A program made the translations under genes and the position numbers. Source: a virus. Taken from it: 64,000 nucleotides of DNA. Shown here one piece after another: positions 1 to 10,383 of this stretch (the first letter of the stretch is position 1; the number at the start of each line of letters is the position of its first letter). The notes beneath the pieces were generated by a model that worked only from the letters and a program-made list of their open reading frames with translations, searched no databases and was not told the DNA's origin. The stretch lies in the IMG/VR virus record IMGVR_UViG_3300031652_000001; one strand, written 5' to 3'.

Positions 1-748
1 CACACCCTAACGCTCTTGCTGCTGCATTTGCATTTGGTTGCCCTGCCACCGATCTTAGTTTGTCCTCTGTTACATCATGCCTAAACCACGGATTCTTCCT
101 TTGTGAAAGTTTCCAATCTTCCTTCGTTTTTTGAGCATGGATACTCTTCATGTGCTCACTATGGAGACGTCTTCCTCGTTCACTCTCATTGAACATCTTT
201 AACCCATTACTCAAACTAGCTCTGTACTGCCTGTCCTCTTTGTGCCTCTTAACCGTATGCTTTCTAGAATGTTTAGAACGCTTAATGATTTCCAAATTCC
301 ATGGCCTGTTGTCTGTCTTTATTCCATTTTTATGATGGACAATCTCTGTTTCACTTGGAAACTCGCCATTAATAGCTCCATGCACCAAATGATGCGTTAA
401 CGTCTTTTTTCCGTTCTTGTCTGATACTGACTCGTACCCGCCATTGACGGGCCAATTTCGATTAATCGGCATCAGCCTATCAATCCCAGGAGTAAGATCC
501 TTTGCCATTTTATATGACCCATCCCACATCCTCCATAAATGTTCTGGTGTACATCTTTCTACAGCACCAGAATCAAGAACTACGTCTACCAACTCTCTTG
601 TATACCCGGTCAGTCTTCCCCTTGCTTTACCAGGTACAATCGATCCATCATCCCTACTCGCATAAACCCATTCCTCTACACCATCCAACTCAGAAATCTG
701 AGCACACGTCCCATCAAGCAAAGGGATTCGCGTACTTTCAACAAAACA
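1..748 (-). mobile_element. Intein with HNH homing endonuclease inserted in TerL (partial)
   Basis: After DHPPNG the frame continues CFVESTRIPLLDG (intein block A), then an HNH motif THHLVH...IVHHKNGIKTDNRPWNLE. The C-terminal splice junction is outside the window. Confidence 0.88.
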
Positions 749-2611
749 CCCATTGGGTGGATGGTCAACTTTTCCTTTATTATCATCCCTAACAAGTTGC
801 TCCATCTCCTGAATTAAAATCTGATAATCATAAACACTTATCCTGCCTTCATAAACAGCAGTTTTAAAACAGGTATATGGGTCAATTGTCTTGTCGACAG
901 AGATTATTTCACCATCAATCCCTTTTGCTGATAACTGCTGGAGCATGTCACGACTCTGGAATGAATCCATAGAAGCAAAAGAAATCGTATATCCATGTTT
1001 CTGAAAAGCATAAATTAACCCACGAATTTCACCGAAATCAATTTCGCCAATCGTTGGGGCAATAATTCTAAGAACCAAATCCACTTCAATCAACGGCACT
1101 TCTTCTTTAAAAGGCTCCCCCTCCTCACTTCTTCTTTCCATCGTTATATAGTCAACAACATGAGCAATGCATATACCCGCCGGATCAGAAAGACCAAGAC
1201 TCAAATCCAAATGAACAAACCTTGGGGCATCAGGATGTCGTCTTGGTCTCAATTCCTCAATATATTCACCCGGACCTATCCTCCTACGATGCCTTTGGGA
1301 TAACCTGTCCCACTTAATCTCAAGGGGTTCACTGGTACACCATTCATCGACATATACTGGTGAAGCAAGCGTCGTATCCGTAATCTCATAAATTCTTGAT
1401 CTTAACTGGAAGAACGGAGCAATACTCACAGTTACAACACCAGCAATATCCCTAATAGAATCCTCGATATTGCGATCAAAATCAGATTTAAAGTTCATCG
1501 GGACTCGAATAAACCTACACCCCTGAGCCTCAATACGCCTCCTACCTGATGACCCCATTCCCCGATACTCTTTTTTCGAAAGTACCTTATGAGGGATACG
1601 TTCATTCCCTACTCGAACCCAAAATCTATCTGGAGAAAAACGGTCTCTCGGAGCAACTTCATATATTGCATAATCACGACAGAAAACCATCGGATTCGTA
1701 GCCGCAGCACCAATCCTCCTGTTTGTGTAAGACTGCTTATGTCTGGCCGATGAAGTCATAAATAATTTACCCGGTAATACGCCAGCCCGGTCAAACCGGG
1801 ACTTCATCCTTCGGGTAATCGACTCATGAAGCTTTTCAACAAAAGATTTTTCACCTGGTTTATCCTGAACGTCGTTGATAATGGAACCATCTATGAAATC
1901 CGTTTCATCAAGCACTCCACCAAATACATCTCTACCAAGGGCATTCGCTGACTTTGCAGATATCGGAATAACCTTGATGTTTTTCTTTGGGTACTCAACA
2001 ATTGATGTTCCTATCCGTATTCCAAGATCTTTAAAAAAAGGTGAAACCTCTATTTTTCGCTTGAATCCACCAAAAGTGACCTCTCTGGCCAACTGTTGAT
2101 CTCGATTAAAACAGACAAGAACAATCTCAGACCCTGGCATTAAACCAAATGTAGACTGTGGATCCTTGAGCATGCAAAGCTCATAAAACATGTAGGCAAG
2201 GCCCATATCAGCAAAAGTAGTTTTACCAGAACCAATCGACCCAGTAAGAATGGCCTCATTGTATGGACGGGAATTTAGCTCAACCAGGTCATCCATCCAT
2301 ATCTCATAGAAATACTCTCCGACATGACCAAAATACCTTTTTGAAAGACAAAACTCTCTTACAGGAATAATAGGCTCTTCATAGTGGAGATAAAGATATT
2401 TCCTGAACATCATCGCCATCAATGCCATTTCATCGCTGGACTCGTAACCATCTTCCCCATCTTCAGCCATCTGTCTGATCTCATCTAAGATTTGATCAAG
2501 CCAAAACCGCTCTTCTTTGTTGAGATTATTTATCCTTTTCAACAAATCAGACTGAAGTTCTTCCTCTGTTACAATGGACCTACGTCTTCCAGTTGGGGTC
2601 TCGATTATCAT
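1..2611 (-). CDS. terL: Terminase large subunit (3' end runs off the window), with intein
   Basis: Manual translation from ATG at 2611 (absent from the ORF track because there is no stop in the window). Walker A NEAILTGSIGSGKT (~2220-2260), Walker B VFGGVLDETDF (~1895-1927), RNase H-like nuclease motif RFVHLDLSLG (~1195-1222), and DHPPNG near 750. Confidence 0.92.
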   Translation of the reverse strand, partial: MIIETPTGRRRSIVTEEELQSDLLKRINNLNKEERFWLDQILDEIRQMAEDGEDGYESSDEMALMAMMFRKYLYLHYEEPIIPVREFCLSKRYFGHVGEYFYEIWMDDLVELNSRPYNEAILTGSIGSGKTTFADMGLAYMFYELCMLKDPQSTFGLMPGSEIVLVCFNRDQQLAREVTFGGFKRKIEVSPFFKDLGIRIGTSIVEYPKKNIKVIPISAKSANALGRDVFGGVLDETDFIDGSIINDVQDKPGEKSFVEKLHESITRRMKSRFDRAGVLPGKLFMTSSARHKQSYTNRRIGAAATNPMVFCRDYAIYEVAPRDRFSPDRFWVRVGNERIPHKVLSKKEYRGMGSSGRRRIEAQGCRFIRVPMNFKSDFDRNIEDSIRDIAGVVTVSIAPFFQLRSRIYEITDTTLASPVYVDEWCTSEPLEIKWDRLSQRHRRRIGPGEYIEELRPRRHPDAPRFVHLDLSLGLSDPAGICIAHVVDYITMERRSEEGEPFKEEVPLIEVDLVLRIIAPTIGEIDFGEIRGLIYAFQKHGYTISFASMDSFQSRDMLQQLSAKGIDGEIISVDKTIDPYTCFKTAVYEGRISVYDYQILIQEMEQLVRDDNKGKVDHPPNGCFVESTRIPLLDGTCAQISELDGVEEWVYASRDDGSIVPGKARGRLTGYTRELVDVVLDSGAVERCTPEHLWRMWDGSYKMAKDLTPGIDRLMPINRNWPVNGGYESVSDKNGKKTLTHHLVHGAINGEFPSETEIVHHKNGIKTDNRPWNLEIIKRSKHSRKHTVKRHKEDRQYRASLSNGLKMFNESERGRRLHSEHMKSIHAQKTKEDWKLSQRKNPWFRHDVTEDKLRSVAGQPNANAAARALGC

Positions 2612-2616
2612 GGTAC

Positions 2617-3393
2617 CTACTGCGCCTTCTTCTGATCTTCATCAAACCCTGTATTGATATTCTGCTTTTTCTTCTTTTTTGGACGCCTTTTCTTGTCCTT
2701 CGCTCTGGCACGTGCAGAATCCAAAGTACTAACATTTTTGAACATCTCAGGATTGGACATCATGAGATCTATTATGCCCAAAACCTTATGTCTGGACTCG
2801 GGTTTTGCCATCACAGAATCGAGTTTTGTTTTCCCATGATAACCATCAGCCGTTCTCGTCATCTCAACAATACCACTGTCAAGCATATCCAGCTCTTTGA
2901 GCATTTTTACCAATTTTTCACCAATGGTAAACGAAACCGTGAACTCTTTATGTGTCCCCTTGAAAAGCTTTTTAAGCTTCAATTCCGTCTCAGTTTCCAT
3001 TTTTACTCGGTCATACATATTGAAAAATAAATCTTTCAAAGCATGACCAATTGAACTCGGATCATCCCGATTCAATCGTTTCGTATCGTCCGTAAAAACA
3101 TCCTCTTCCTTTCGGATGCCAACATCAGACAGTAAACCGTCCTTGAATCTCTGAACCTTGTATGAAAGGGCTTTAGTAGAAACATGTGTGAGTTCACCAC
3201 TATCATGTATGAACGCCACAATGTCCCTCGTATAGCACCCACTTTCAGCCATCTGACGGACCTGTTCAAAGCAATCAAGACCCTCAAGTATCCCTGCCGG
3301 ATTGAATGCTCTTGCATTTCCTTTCGATGTTTTTATCGCCTTCCTTCTCTTTTCTTCTGCATCCTTTGGCTTCCGCATCTTCTCACCTACCAT
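2617..3393 (-). CDS. Hypothetical protein, candidate terminase small subunit
   Basis: Basic, helical 258-aa ORF ending 5 nt upstream of terL; positional inference only. Confidence 0.45.
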   Translation of the reverse strand: MVGEKMRKPKDAEEKRRKAIKTSKGNARAFNPAGILEGLDCFEQVRQMAESGCYTRDIVAFIHDSGELTHVSTKALSYKVQRFKDGLLSDVGIRKEEDVFTDDTKRLNRDDPSSIGHALKDLFFNMYDRVKMETETELKLKKLFKGTHKEFTVSFTIGEKLVKMLKELDMLDSGIVEMTRTADGYHGKTKLDSVMAKPESRHKVLGIIDLMMSNPEMFKNVSTLDSARARAKDKKRRPKKKKKQNINTGFDEDQKKAQ

Positions 3394-4387
3394 TGTCTAT
3401 CCTACACTTTTTTTGCTTTCTCTTGCAAAATTCCAAAACAGACGAAAACTTTCCAGGGTCGAGCCTCCCATCTCGAATCGCCAAATATACTGCACTTATG
3501 GAGAGACCACATTCATTTGCAATGCTCTCAACATTATAAGACCATTCTTTCTTTCGACGTCCCTTAGTCCGCTCATTACTACAATATTGAACAATCTCAC
3601 TCAGAGACCAAACATTCAGATCACCATTACAAACAACCCGTCTTACTTGCCTCGGCGTTACACCAGCCGCTTCAGCAATGTCAGTTATTCTTATGTGACC
3701 ATCCTTCTCATTAAAAAAATACCGATAGAATTTCATGACAGAAATAAAATTAGACAAATCAACAGCATGCTCTTTTTCGTACTGTCGAAGACGACTGGTT
3801 TTGACACCAAAAGCTCTTGCGAGCTGTCTTATATTGTATACCCAAATAGACCTCGTCCTCTTTTTTGTGGGAGATACCAAAAAACAATCTGGAATAACAG
3901 AATCCAAATCAACTCCCTGAGCAGGAGAAATTATCCCCTCATCCACAATGCTTGCCGATAACGATGACAATAAAACAAGATTCCTGAGCGAATAATTCAA
4001 AGGATTCCTATCCAAATAACGAATTACAAAACCAGATGGTATCGATCCAAAAGCTTCTGTCCACGCATACCTATCGTAACGGATATAGGTTGGTTTACCA
4101 CAACCATAATTTCTTCTCAGGCAATATAAGTGTCCATCTCTCCACTTCCATTCTGGAAGACGGCCATCAATATCAATACTGTGATCACTACATTTCTCAC
4201 CAACATGGACAAGCCTGTTGCATCCATCAACACCACAAAAACACCATTTGGTCTTCGGATGCCTTTCGATCCAACACATCTCGGCAAGACCCTTTTCTTT
4301 GGCATTTTTTATTATGCCTCGATAGGCAAATATTCCACGGAAAGCCTTGGAGTTATCCCAAAGTTCTGAAAAACTCAAACCCTCCAT
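3383..4387 (-). CDS. Degenerate HNH-like plus multiple HTH DNA-binding protein
   Basis: IPSGFVIRYLDRNPLNYSLRNL resembles an HNH fold with the histidines lost; HTH-like repeats (IRQLARAFGV, ITDIAEAAGV, VESIANECGL). Confidence 0.55.
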   Translation of the reverse strand: MEGLSFSELWDNSKAFRGIFAYRGIIKNAKEKGLAEMCWIERHPKTKWCFCGVDGCNRLVHVGEKCSDHSIDIDGRLPEWKWRDGHLYCLRRNYGCGKPTYIRYDRYAWTEAFGSIPSGFVIRYLDRNPLNYSLRNLVLLSSLSASIVDEGIISPAQGVDLDSVIPDCFLVSPTKKRTRSIWVYNIRQLARAFGVKTSRLRQYEKEHAVDLSNFISVMKFYRYFFNEKDGHIRITDIAEAAGVTPRQVRRVVCNGDLNVWSLSEIVQYCSNERTKGRRKKEWSYNVESIANECGLSISAVYLAIRDGRLDPGKFSSVLEFCKRKQKKCRIDNGR

Positions 4388-4402
4388 ATCCTTTACCTCT
4401 CA

Positions 4403-4783
4403 TCATCCCAATAATTCTTCTTTCAAACTAAAAACAATTTCGATATCCAAACGCCAACCATCATCCGATTCTGACAATCCTTTTGGCTTTACCCTATCTG
4501 GATTCCCAACCTCAAAAGACCCCTCCCCTGTGTACTTGCCAAGCCAAGGAAAAACCTCGCGATAAACATCAACAACACCAACCTCTGGAGCAAACTCCGG
4601 GAAATCAAAAGGACCATCATATCCGACCATGTTTCGTATCGAATACTCATTTCGAATTTTCCACTTCTCAGTAACCTCCATCGGGTTGATAGGAGCAATT
4701 TTTTTCAAAATGACAAAACGACCATCTATAGTTTTCCACCTACCTGGACAGACATATTCCAATTCAAGCTTTCTGTTCCTCAT
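4403..4783 (-). CDS. Hypothetical protein
   Basis: ORF in tightly packed minus-strand operon. Confidence 0.6.
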   Translation of the reverse strand: MRNRKLELEYVCPGRWKTIDGRFVILKKIAPINPMEVTEKWKIRNEYSIRNMVGYDGPFDFPEFAPEVGVVDVYREVFPWLGKYTGEGSFEVGNPDRVKPKGLSESDDGWRLDIEIVFSLKEELLG

Positions 4784-5253
4784 CTGGCGCCATCCTGTTT
4801 TCGTTTTCTCAAAACCAAAGCGCCAACCGTAACCTTGTTTCTTCCACTCTCCTCCTTTATCCTGGAAGCTCTGAGCCTGTTTCTAATGACCGTATCTTTA
4901 TCTGAAAGCAATGGCTTTCGCTTTATCAACTCAAGACACCATGGACCATCTGAGCCTGTTCTAGACAACATCCTTACAGCTTCCCTAGGCGAATACTTGT
5001 TCACAAAAGTTGGTTGATATTTCTTTTCAAAAACAATCTTCTGAATAGGCTTCCTGTCCTTCCTCTCATCACAAAACAAAACAAGTCTCCCAGATTCTAT
5101 CCACGCCATAGCCTGTGTATTATCCCAAGGATCCTCATCAACAGAGTTCTGAAGTTCAGGCATTAAAAAACCATGAACAACTCGAATTATTTCAGAATCA
5201 AGATTCTCACGAGCAAATTTCATTGAGTAACGAAAGTATTTTTTGTTGTCCAA
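4780..5253 (-). CDS. Hypothetical protein
   Basis: GGAGG RBS; stop overlaps next start. Confidence 0.65.
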   Translation of the reverse strand: MDNKKYFRYSMKFARENLDSEIIRVVHGFLMPELQNSVDEDPWDNTQAMAWIESGRLVLFCDERKDRKPIQKIVFEKKYQPTFVNKYSPREAVRMLSRTGSDGPWCLELIKRKPLLSDKDTVIRNRLRASRIKEESGRNKVTVGALVLRKRKQDGAR

Positions 5254-5361
5254 AGATGACCTCCACTCAAAGACCTACCTATACGGTACATAGATCGAAA
5301 CAATCAATCAATGTTTCGCACCTATCCAACACCAGATAAATAGATGGGATAATTTAAAAAA

Positions 5362-5781
5362 TCACATCTTCAGATTAGGATCTATCGGTGCAGGCACAAG
5401 AATCATAATTTTGTACCTAAAACCAAACTCATCCGAGGCATGATGATGGATTGTACTTCTGACTCTGAAACTGTACTTCAAAACGAGGTCATTCATTTCG
5501 GTAAGCATCGAAACGACACGATCAAAATTTTTGAAAAACACCTCGATATTAGCTGTCCCATCCCAAATGTTTGAAAAATATTTTGCATCGTACTTCAAAC
5601 AGACAGCTTCGATTTTCAGCGTAAGCTGATCGATATTTAACCCACCATATATCGATGGCTTCTCGACATTATCAAAATTTTTTGTATCAGATAATGCGAC
5701 AGGTCTTTTATAAGCAATATCACTAGATGCAACATCACCAAACAAACTACCCTGCTTTTTTTCAGATTTTTTTGCCATCAA
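5362..5781 (-). CDS. Hypothetical protein
   Basis: Start overlaps upstream stop. Confidence 0.65.
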   Translation of the reverse strand: MMAKKSEKKQGSLFGDVASSDIAYKRPVALSDTKNFDNVEKPSIYGGLNIDQLTLKIEAVCLKYDAKYFSNIWDGTANIEVFFKNFDRVVSMLTEMNDLVLKYSFRVRSTIHHHASDEFGFRYKIMILVPAPIDPNLKM

Positions 5782-6242
5782 ACAAGAACATCTTTTAGCT
5801 TCTGAATAAAAGCTTTGAAATCGGTAATGACCTGAAACTTCCAGCTACCAGAGAGATTCAAATTGGCAACAGAAATCATCTTCTGGAGGTACTCTAAATT
5901 ATGGTACCTCTCGTGAGCACCAATGATAACCCGGTTCGCACCAGCACCAGCACAATACCTGCCCATCTGGATCCCCAGATCCAACATCTTGGTCTCTTGA
6001 TTCACATCACCTTTAGAAAACCAAAAGGCAGCAACATTTCCTGACCATGACGCCCGATACCTCCACTCCAAATCAGAAACAGTATCATCCGGACAGACAT
6101 ATATAGAACCTTTCTGAAGGCCCTTCACTGCCTCGACAATCTTCTCTGTACCAGACGTCCATGTCCCGTCAGCACTCAAATATAATGCCGGTCTCGGAAC
6201 ACCGTGGATATCATGCTTTGAATTAACGATCTTCATCGCCAT
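5778..6242 (-). CDS. Nucleoside 2-deoxyribosyltransferase-like protein (divergent)
   Basis: ALYLS...W...LEWRY...AAFWF...LDLG pattern loosely resembles the NDT-like family; start at MAMKIV after GGAGG. Confidence 0.4.
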   Translation of the reverse strand: MAMKIVNSKHDIHGVPRPALYLSADGTWTSGTEKIVEAVKGLQKGSIYVCPDDTVSDLEWRYRASWSGNVAAFWFSKGDVNQETKMLDLGIQMGRYCAGAGANRVIIGAHERYHNLEYLQKMISVANLNLSGSWKFQVITDFKAFIQKLKDVLV

Positions 6243-6540
6243 CCTGAACCTCCTTTTTTGCTCGTTGAACAACCAAATTCTTGTGCGCAAGCTTCTTCAT
6301 TTCAGATACAAAAGCATCAACAGCTTCATGCTCCAAACACAAGACAGATGATCCGATAATTTTCCCCTTGTCATCAATATTCCCAGATACTGCCGGTGAA
6401 TCAAGACCAACCATTACATCCCCATAAAACACAACAAACTCTTTAGAGTCCAAACTGTGCTTCTTTCCACAGATTGCACAGGTTACGACCTGTTCTGTCT
6501 TGGTCACACTAGCCAATACCTTATCCAAACCCTTTGCCAT
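6223..6540 (-). CDS. Hypothetical Zn-binding protein
   Basis: CxxC motif; coupled to neighbouring genes. Confidence 0.6.
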   Translation of the reverse strand: MAKGLDKVLASVTKTEQVVTCAICGKKHSLDSKEFVVFYGDVMVGLDSPAVSGNIDDKGKIIGSSVLCLEHEAVDAFVSEMKKLAHKNLVVQRAKKEVQDGDEDR

Positions 6541-6857
6541 TATCTTCTCCCTCTCCTGGTAGTCTGCATCGAGATTGGCATACCTCCATGCCTCCCTTCT
6601 TCACCAGGGGTTCTTTTACCAATAACCGCTTCAGACCATTTCGAGCCCGACCGTTTCTGATTATATTTCATCACCTCCTTTTCAGCATCCTCAAACGGAG
6701 GAACTTTATTTTTATCAAAAATAGCAGCCCTCTTGAGTGACTTGCCATTATTCAACAAATGAAGCTCCCATTTTGTATTCGAATTCCTAACAAGTCCCCA
6801 TTTCCTGTCCTTGCTTGTATATGCAAGGGGACTATTACTCGATTGATCCCATTCCAA
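6540..6857 (-). CDS. Hypothetical protein
   Basis: GGAGG RBS; coupled stop/start. Confidence 0.6.
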   Translation of the reverse strand: MEWDQSSNSPLAYTSKDRKWGLVRNSNTKWELHLLNNGKSLKRAAIFDKNKVPPFEDAEKEVMKYNQKRSGSKWSEAVIGKRTPGEEGRHGGMPISMQTTRRGRR

Positions 6858-6868
6858 GAAACACCTCC

Positions 6869-7324
6869 TTAATGGATATTGTGGTTCCCTCCAAAAGGCG
6901 AAAACCCTCCTCCATTTTCATCATCATCTTCACTATCTTCTCCCTGAACCTGCTCAACGCCAATAATCTTCATCAGTGGCATTCCAACTATCGACAGTGC
7001 ACCCATCATGGCACGATTCATAATCGCAACATCCGCAACCCTATGAAGCTTGCGAATCATCGATGTTGCAACAGCAACAGCACGATCAGACGCCTCAACA
7101 TCAGAAGCATTTACAAAATGAACCGTAATATCCATCATGCATTGAAGAACCCCAGGAATATCTCTCACAAAGGATCCGAACCCTTGACGGCCACCATCAT
7201 CCTTGCTCAAGATCTCTTCTTTTATGGCATAGAGCGCATCATGGACTTTTTTCAGTACTTCCCCCCTTGTCCGACACGTTTCGCAGCCACAGCCGTGCCA
7301 AATATCTCTGACCTCTTCACTCAT
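6869..7324 (-). CDS. Hypothetical protein
   Basis: AGGAG RBS before MSEEVRD. Confidence 0.6.
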   Translation of the reverse strand: MSEEVRDIWHGCGCETCRTRGEVLKKVHDALYAIKEEILSKDDGGRQGFGSFVRDIPGVLQCMMDITVHFVNASDVEASDRAVAVATSMIRKLHRVADVAIMNRAMMGALSIVGMPLMKIIGVEQVQGEDSEDDDENGGGFSPFGGNHNIH

Positions 7325-7474
7325 CTTTGATCTCCTTTGCATCAAAATACACAATACAGTAACATAAAAACACGAACTTTGACTTCATTAATCAATGAAA
7401 TATGTTCTTACAGTAAATACTTTTACAAGAAAATGAAACCCCGAGAAAGGCGAGGTTGTAGATGCATTATCCCT

Positions 7475-8482
7475 TTAGGATATACACACCGAAAATAGAG
7501 GAACCTTGCTATCCTTGTCAGTGATTACTTGTCCACCAAGCATAGGAACCTTTTCCGTCTTTGGCAAAACCACTGTCCTAAGCCTCATACCGCTTTCCTC
7601 ATCCTCACAAGGGGACAATCTCAAAGGATGTGCCCTGAGTGCCGACAATAGCCCCTCAGTAGCTGTATAGAGCTTTGCCTTACTCTCCAATAAGACGTCA
7701 TGTATCGCCTTGAGAGTTCGTTCTCTTGGCTGCAATGGCTCCCTTGACGAATCCGGAAACATGGGTAGCCTATCCTTGTTCTGCTGATAGCAGGCCCTTG
7801 CCAACGACCCGTAACAGACACGAATCAGTGGGTACCAGATAGACCGCCAATAGGCCCTTGTTGGCGAAAGCTCAACTCCCGCCACTTTACCTTCAAGCAA
7901 GACAACTGCCCCAACCTGATTATCAAGAAGCTCAAACTCCGCAACGAACTCATCCATTTGCTTCTTGAATGTATTCACAAAAACAGCAAGCTGCTGATGA
8001 TTTGAAAGACCGTGTCGAGAATTGAACTCACCCAGCTCACCCCAGATCAGATTGTATCCTTGCTCCTTACGCTTTGCCAAAGCAATGCTTCTGAGTTCTG
8101 CCGGTAAAATCAACATCTCTGTTGCACTCTTGATATATCCACCCTGGCTAGACTGAATACATCTTGCCGTCCTGATTATGGACTCAGAACCACCCTTCAT
8201 AATCTTGCCGCTACCAACAGCGTGATCCTGAGCTGCCTGCTCAACAACCCAACCGGCCCCAGGAGGAACAAAGTTCGTCCGACCAGATCTCTCTCGGATA
8301 TGAACCGTTCCATAATTGGAGGTCCTTACCTCAAAATCATCAGCCGTACCAAAATCGCTCTCATCAAAACGATCATTATCGGAAACCAATGGTATCACCC
8401 CCATATTTCCGACATACTGAGCCTCACCAGAGGAAACCCCGTCCAGGATGTCCCCCATTGTCAATGTCCGTCTCCTATTCAT
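7475..8482 (-). CDS. ARPP-type (ARG/rhodanese-phosphatase-associated, DUF6569-like) protein
   Basis: Motifs AQDHA, ARCIQSSQGG and EFVAEFE...QVGAVV...GVELSP typical of ARPP-1/ARPP-2 proteins; coupled (ATGA overlap) to the upstream vWA gene. Confidence 0.7.
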   Translation of the reverse strand: MNRRRTLTMGDILDGVSSGEAQYVGNMGVIPLVSDNDRFDESDFGTADDFEVRTSNYGTVHIRERSGRTNFVPPGAGWVVEQAAQDHAVGSGKIMKGGSESIIRTARCIQSSQGGYIKSATEMLILPAELRSIALAKRKEQGYNLIWGELGEFNSRHGLSNHQQLAVFVNTFKKQMDEFVAEFELLDNQVGAVVLLEGKVAGVELSPTRAYWRSIWYPLIRVCYGSLARACYQQNKDRLPMFPDSSREPLQPRERTLKAIHDVLLESKAKLYTATEGLLSALRAHPLRLSPCEDEESGMRLRTVVLPKTEKVPMLGGQVITDKDSKVPLFSVCIS

Positions 8483-10116
8483 GACTCACCTCCTAGTAAG
8501 CCTGAAAAGCCCTCACCTCCTGCCGTAAGCGCTATCCGAACCAGATTCTCAATACCCTGTCTCGGGTCACTCTCGATGAGACCTCGAACCATGGTAGTGC
8601 CGATCAATTCAGGAGACTTGACCGGCATTGTTACAACCTTGTCGATACCATCACAGATCGAACGTACAGCTCCAGTCTCAGCCGCAAAAACAGGATTGAA
8701 ATGAATAATTGGTGTGTCATTCCCATATTCCCTCGCAAGCCTGAGAACATCACCTGTCCGTCCAGCTGGAGCATTCTCATATCCATCACTGATAATGAAA
8801 ATTGCTTCAGGCTCATCCATCATCAAAAAGAGAAGTCGCTCAGCAAGATCAGTAGAACCCTTCGGTCTCGTCAATGTTGCTTTGTCTCCCTCATATGTCC
8901 CACCACACACCAACACAGATGCGGACTCGGCAGATGCAACCAAAGCATCTCTTAACGATAACGCAACAGCCATCGGCCTGAGAGGTTGCTCCCGGCTTCC
9001 TTCCATAGACTTCGAAGCGTCCAATAGGATGCCAATCCTATTATATGAAAAAGGCAACGTCGTTGCCGTTTTCTTCGCTTTCCTTGTAAGGGCGTCCTGG
9101 ACAATACCGGTCATGCCGTTCTCAAAAGCATGAATGTACAGCTCTACCGAACTGTAATCATCAACCCTCATTTCGACATCAACACCCGCTTCCTTTGCCC
9201 TCTTCTGAACAACTCTCCTTTCATGAGTTGTCATCGTTTTCGACTTCGCCTTTATCCTGATAATATCACCAGGCTTCGTATTTTGATGATATGTGCTTCT
9301 GATGCCCTCCAACACTTCAGTCGGAAGAATCGATCCCGCCTTGAGATCTTTCTTAGAACAAACAAAAGCATTCAACATTTTCATCTCTTTATAAAAACCA
9401 TCACGTTTTCCAAAAAGAAAAGCCAAACACTGACAAACTCGAACTCTTTTGTTGTGAACATCTGTGTCGCCGATAATATATCGGAAAACGTGATCCCGCA
9501 GAGCACCTCTATCTATCCTGCTCATCTTGCTGAACTTCGGATATTGCTTTACAGCCTCACCAATAAAAGAAGCCAATTTCTGGCCCCACGCATGAACCAG
9601 TGCTCCCTTCACCTTGTCACGATACTTCACAACCCAAAGCTCAAACCTCGGACTATTCAATATCGTCTTGAGTATCAACTTCCTGGTACGAGCATTGTTT
9701 GAACGCTTGATACCAAAATGACCCCCACGACCCCGAAGCGCGTCGAACATCTTTAAAAGCCGCTGAGGTGGCATTTCCCGAACGAATTTCTCCAAAATAT
9801 GACGTTCTATTTTGGGATCCAAAAACACATCGGCGCCCCGTGGGTTTGCCAATAATGTCGATATACCCAGTTGTCGAGAATGGTCTGTTGTACCCGGCAA
9901 AAGAAGCAACGTCTCATACAGATCTCGACACCTCCGAAATAACTCTGCATGAGCATGGATTTCCGAACTTACCTGCTGTTCCCTCGTATTGTAATGCGTA
10001 GAACGACCGTACGATGTAGTACAGACATCCAAGAACGACAAGACATGAGGAGCCAGATCTTCCGGCCTCAGGTGCTCAACCCGAAAAATGTCCTCCAATA
10101 GTGCAAGGTTCCCCAT
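8479..10116 (-). CDS. TROVE/Ro60-like protein with C-terminal vWA domain
   Basis: C-terminal vWA MIDAS motifs (LLDASKSM, GSTDL, IISDGYEN) after a ~350-aa basic helical region, the same layout as Ro60. Confidence 0.7.
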   Translation of the reverse strand: MGNLALLEDIFRVEHLRPEDLAPHVLSFLDVCTTSYGRSTHYNTREQQVSSEIHAHAELFRRCRDLYETLLLLPGTTDHSRQLGISTLLANPRGADVFLDPKIERHILEKFVREMPPQRLLKMFDALRGRGGHFGIKRSNNARTRKLILKTILNSPRFELWVVKYRDKVKGALVHAWGQKLASFIGEAVKQYPKFSKMSRIDRGALRDHVFRYIIGDTDVHNKRVRVCQCLAFLFGKRDGFYKEMKMLNAFVCSKKDLKAGSILPTEVLEGIRSTYHQNTKPGDIIRIKAKSKTMTTHERRVVQKRAKEAGVDVEMRVDDYSSVELYIHAFENGMTGIVQDALTRKAKKTATTLPFSYNRIGILLDASKSMEGSREQPLRPMAVALSLRDALVASAESASVLVCGGTYEGDKATLTRPKGSTDLAERLLFLMMDEPEAIFIISDGYENAPAGRTGDVLRLAREYGNDTPIIHFNPVFAAETGAVRSICDGIDKVVTMPVKSPELIGTTMVRGLIESDPRQGIENLVRIALTAGGEGFSGLLGGES

Positions 10117-10158
10117 CGCACACCTCCTGATTTTTAATAAAGTCCCCGGACAAAAAAA

Positions 10159-10224
10159 GACTGAGAAAATTCGTCAAATGTCTTTAGTAGTCCTCCACTG
10201 TAACATCTGATTCAGTCCTCAATC
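10159..10224 (-). ncRNA. Y-RNA-like structured RNA, unit A (no tRNA module)
   Basis: Terminal stem GAUUGAG/CUCAGUC, conserved GACU, second stem UCAGAUGU/ACAUUUGA; homologous to units B and C. Confidence 0.65.
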
Positions 10225-10240
10225 TGTGTATTATATAAAA

Positions 10241-10366
10241 GACCGAGATTTTTTAACAAACGGAGTTGGATAGAAATACGGGAATTGAACCCGTTACCGT
10301 TGGTTTAGAAGACCAATGCTCTAACCAGATGAGCTGATTTCTGAACCGTCTATTGAGTCCTCGGTC
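10241..10366 (-). ncRNA. Y-RNA-like (YrlA-like) RNA, unit B, with embedded tRNA-Arg(UCU)-like module
   Basis: Terminal stem GACCGAG/CUCGGUC enclosing a D arm, an anticodon arm (UUGGU-CUUCUAA-ACCAA) and a T arm (ACGGG-UUCAAUU-CCCGU); no free acceptor end. Confidence 0.75.
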
Positions 10367-10383
10367 ATTTTTTCAAAGAAAAT

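Noticed and set aside
150-2099. Short plus-strand ORFs over terL
   Set aside because: Antisense to the long TerL frame. The same applies to nearly all plus-strand ORFs in the window except 15955-16218.
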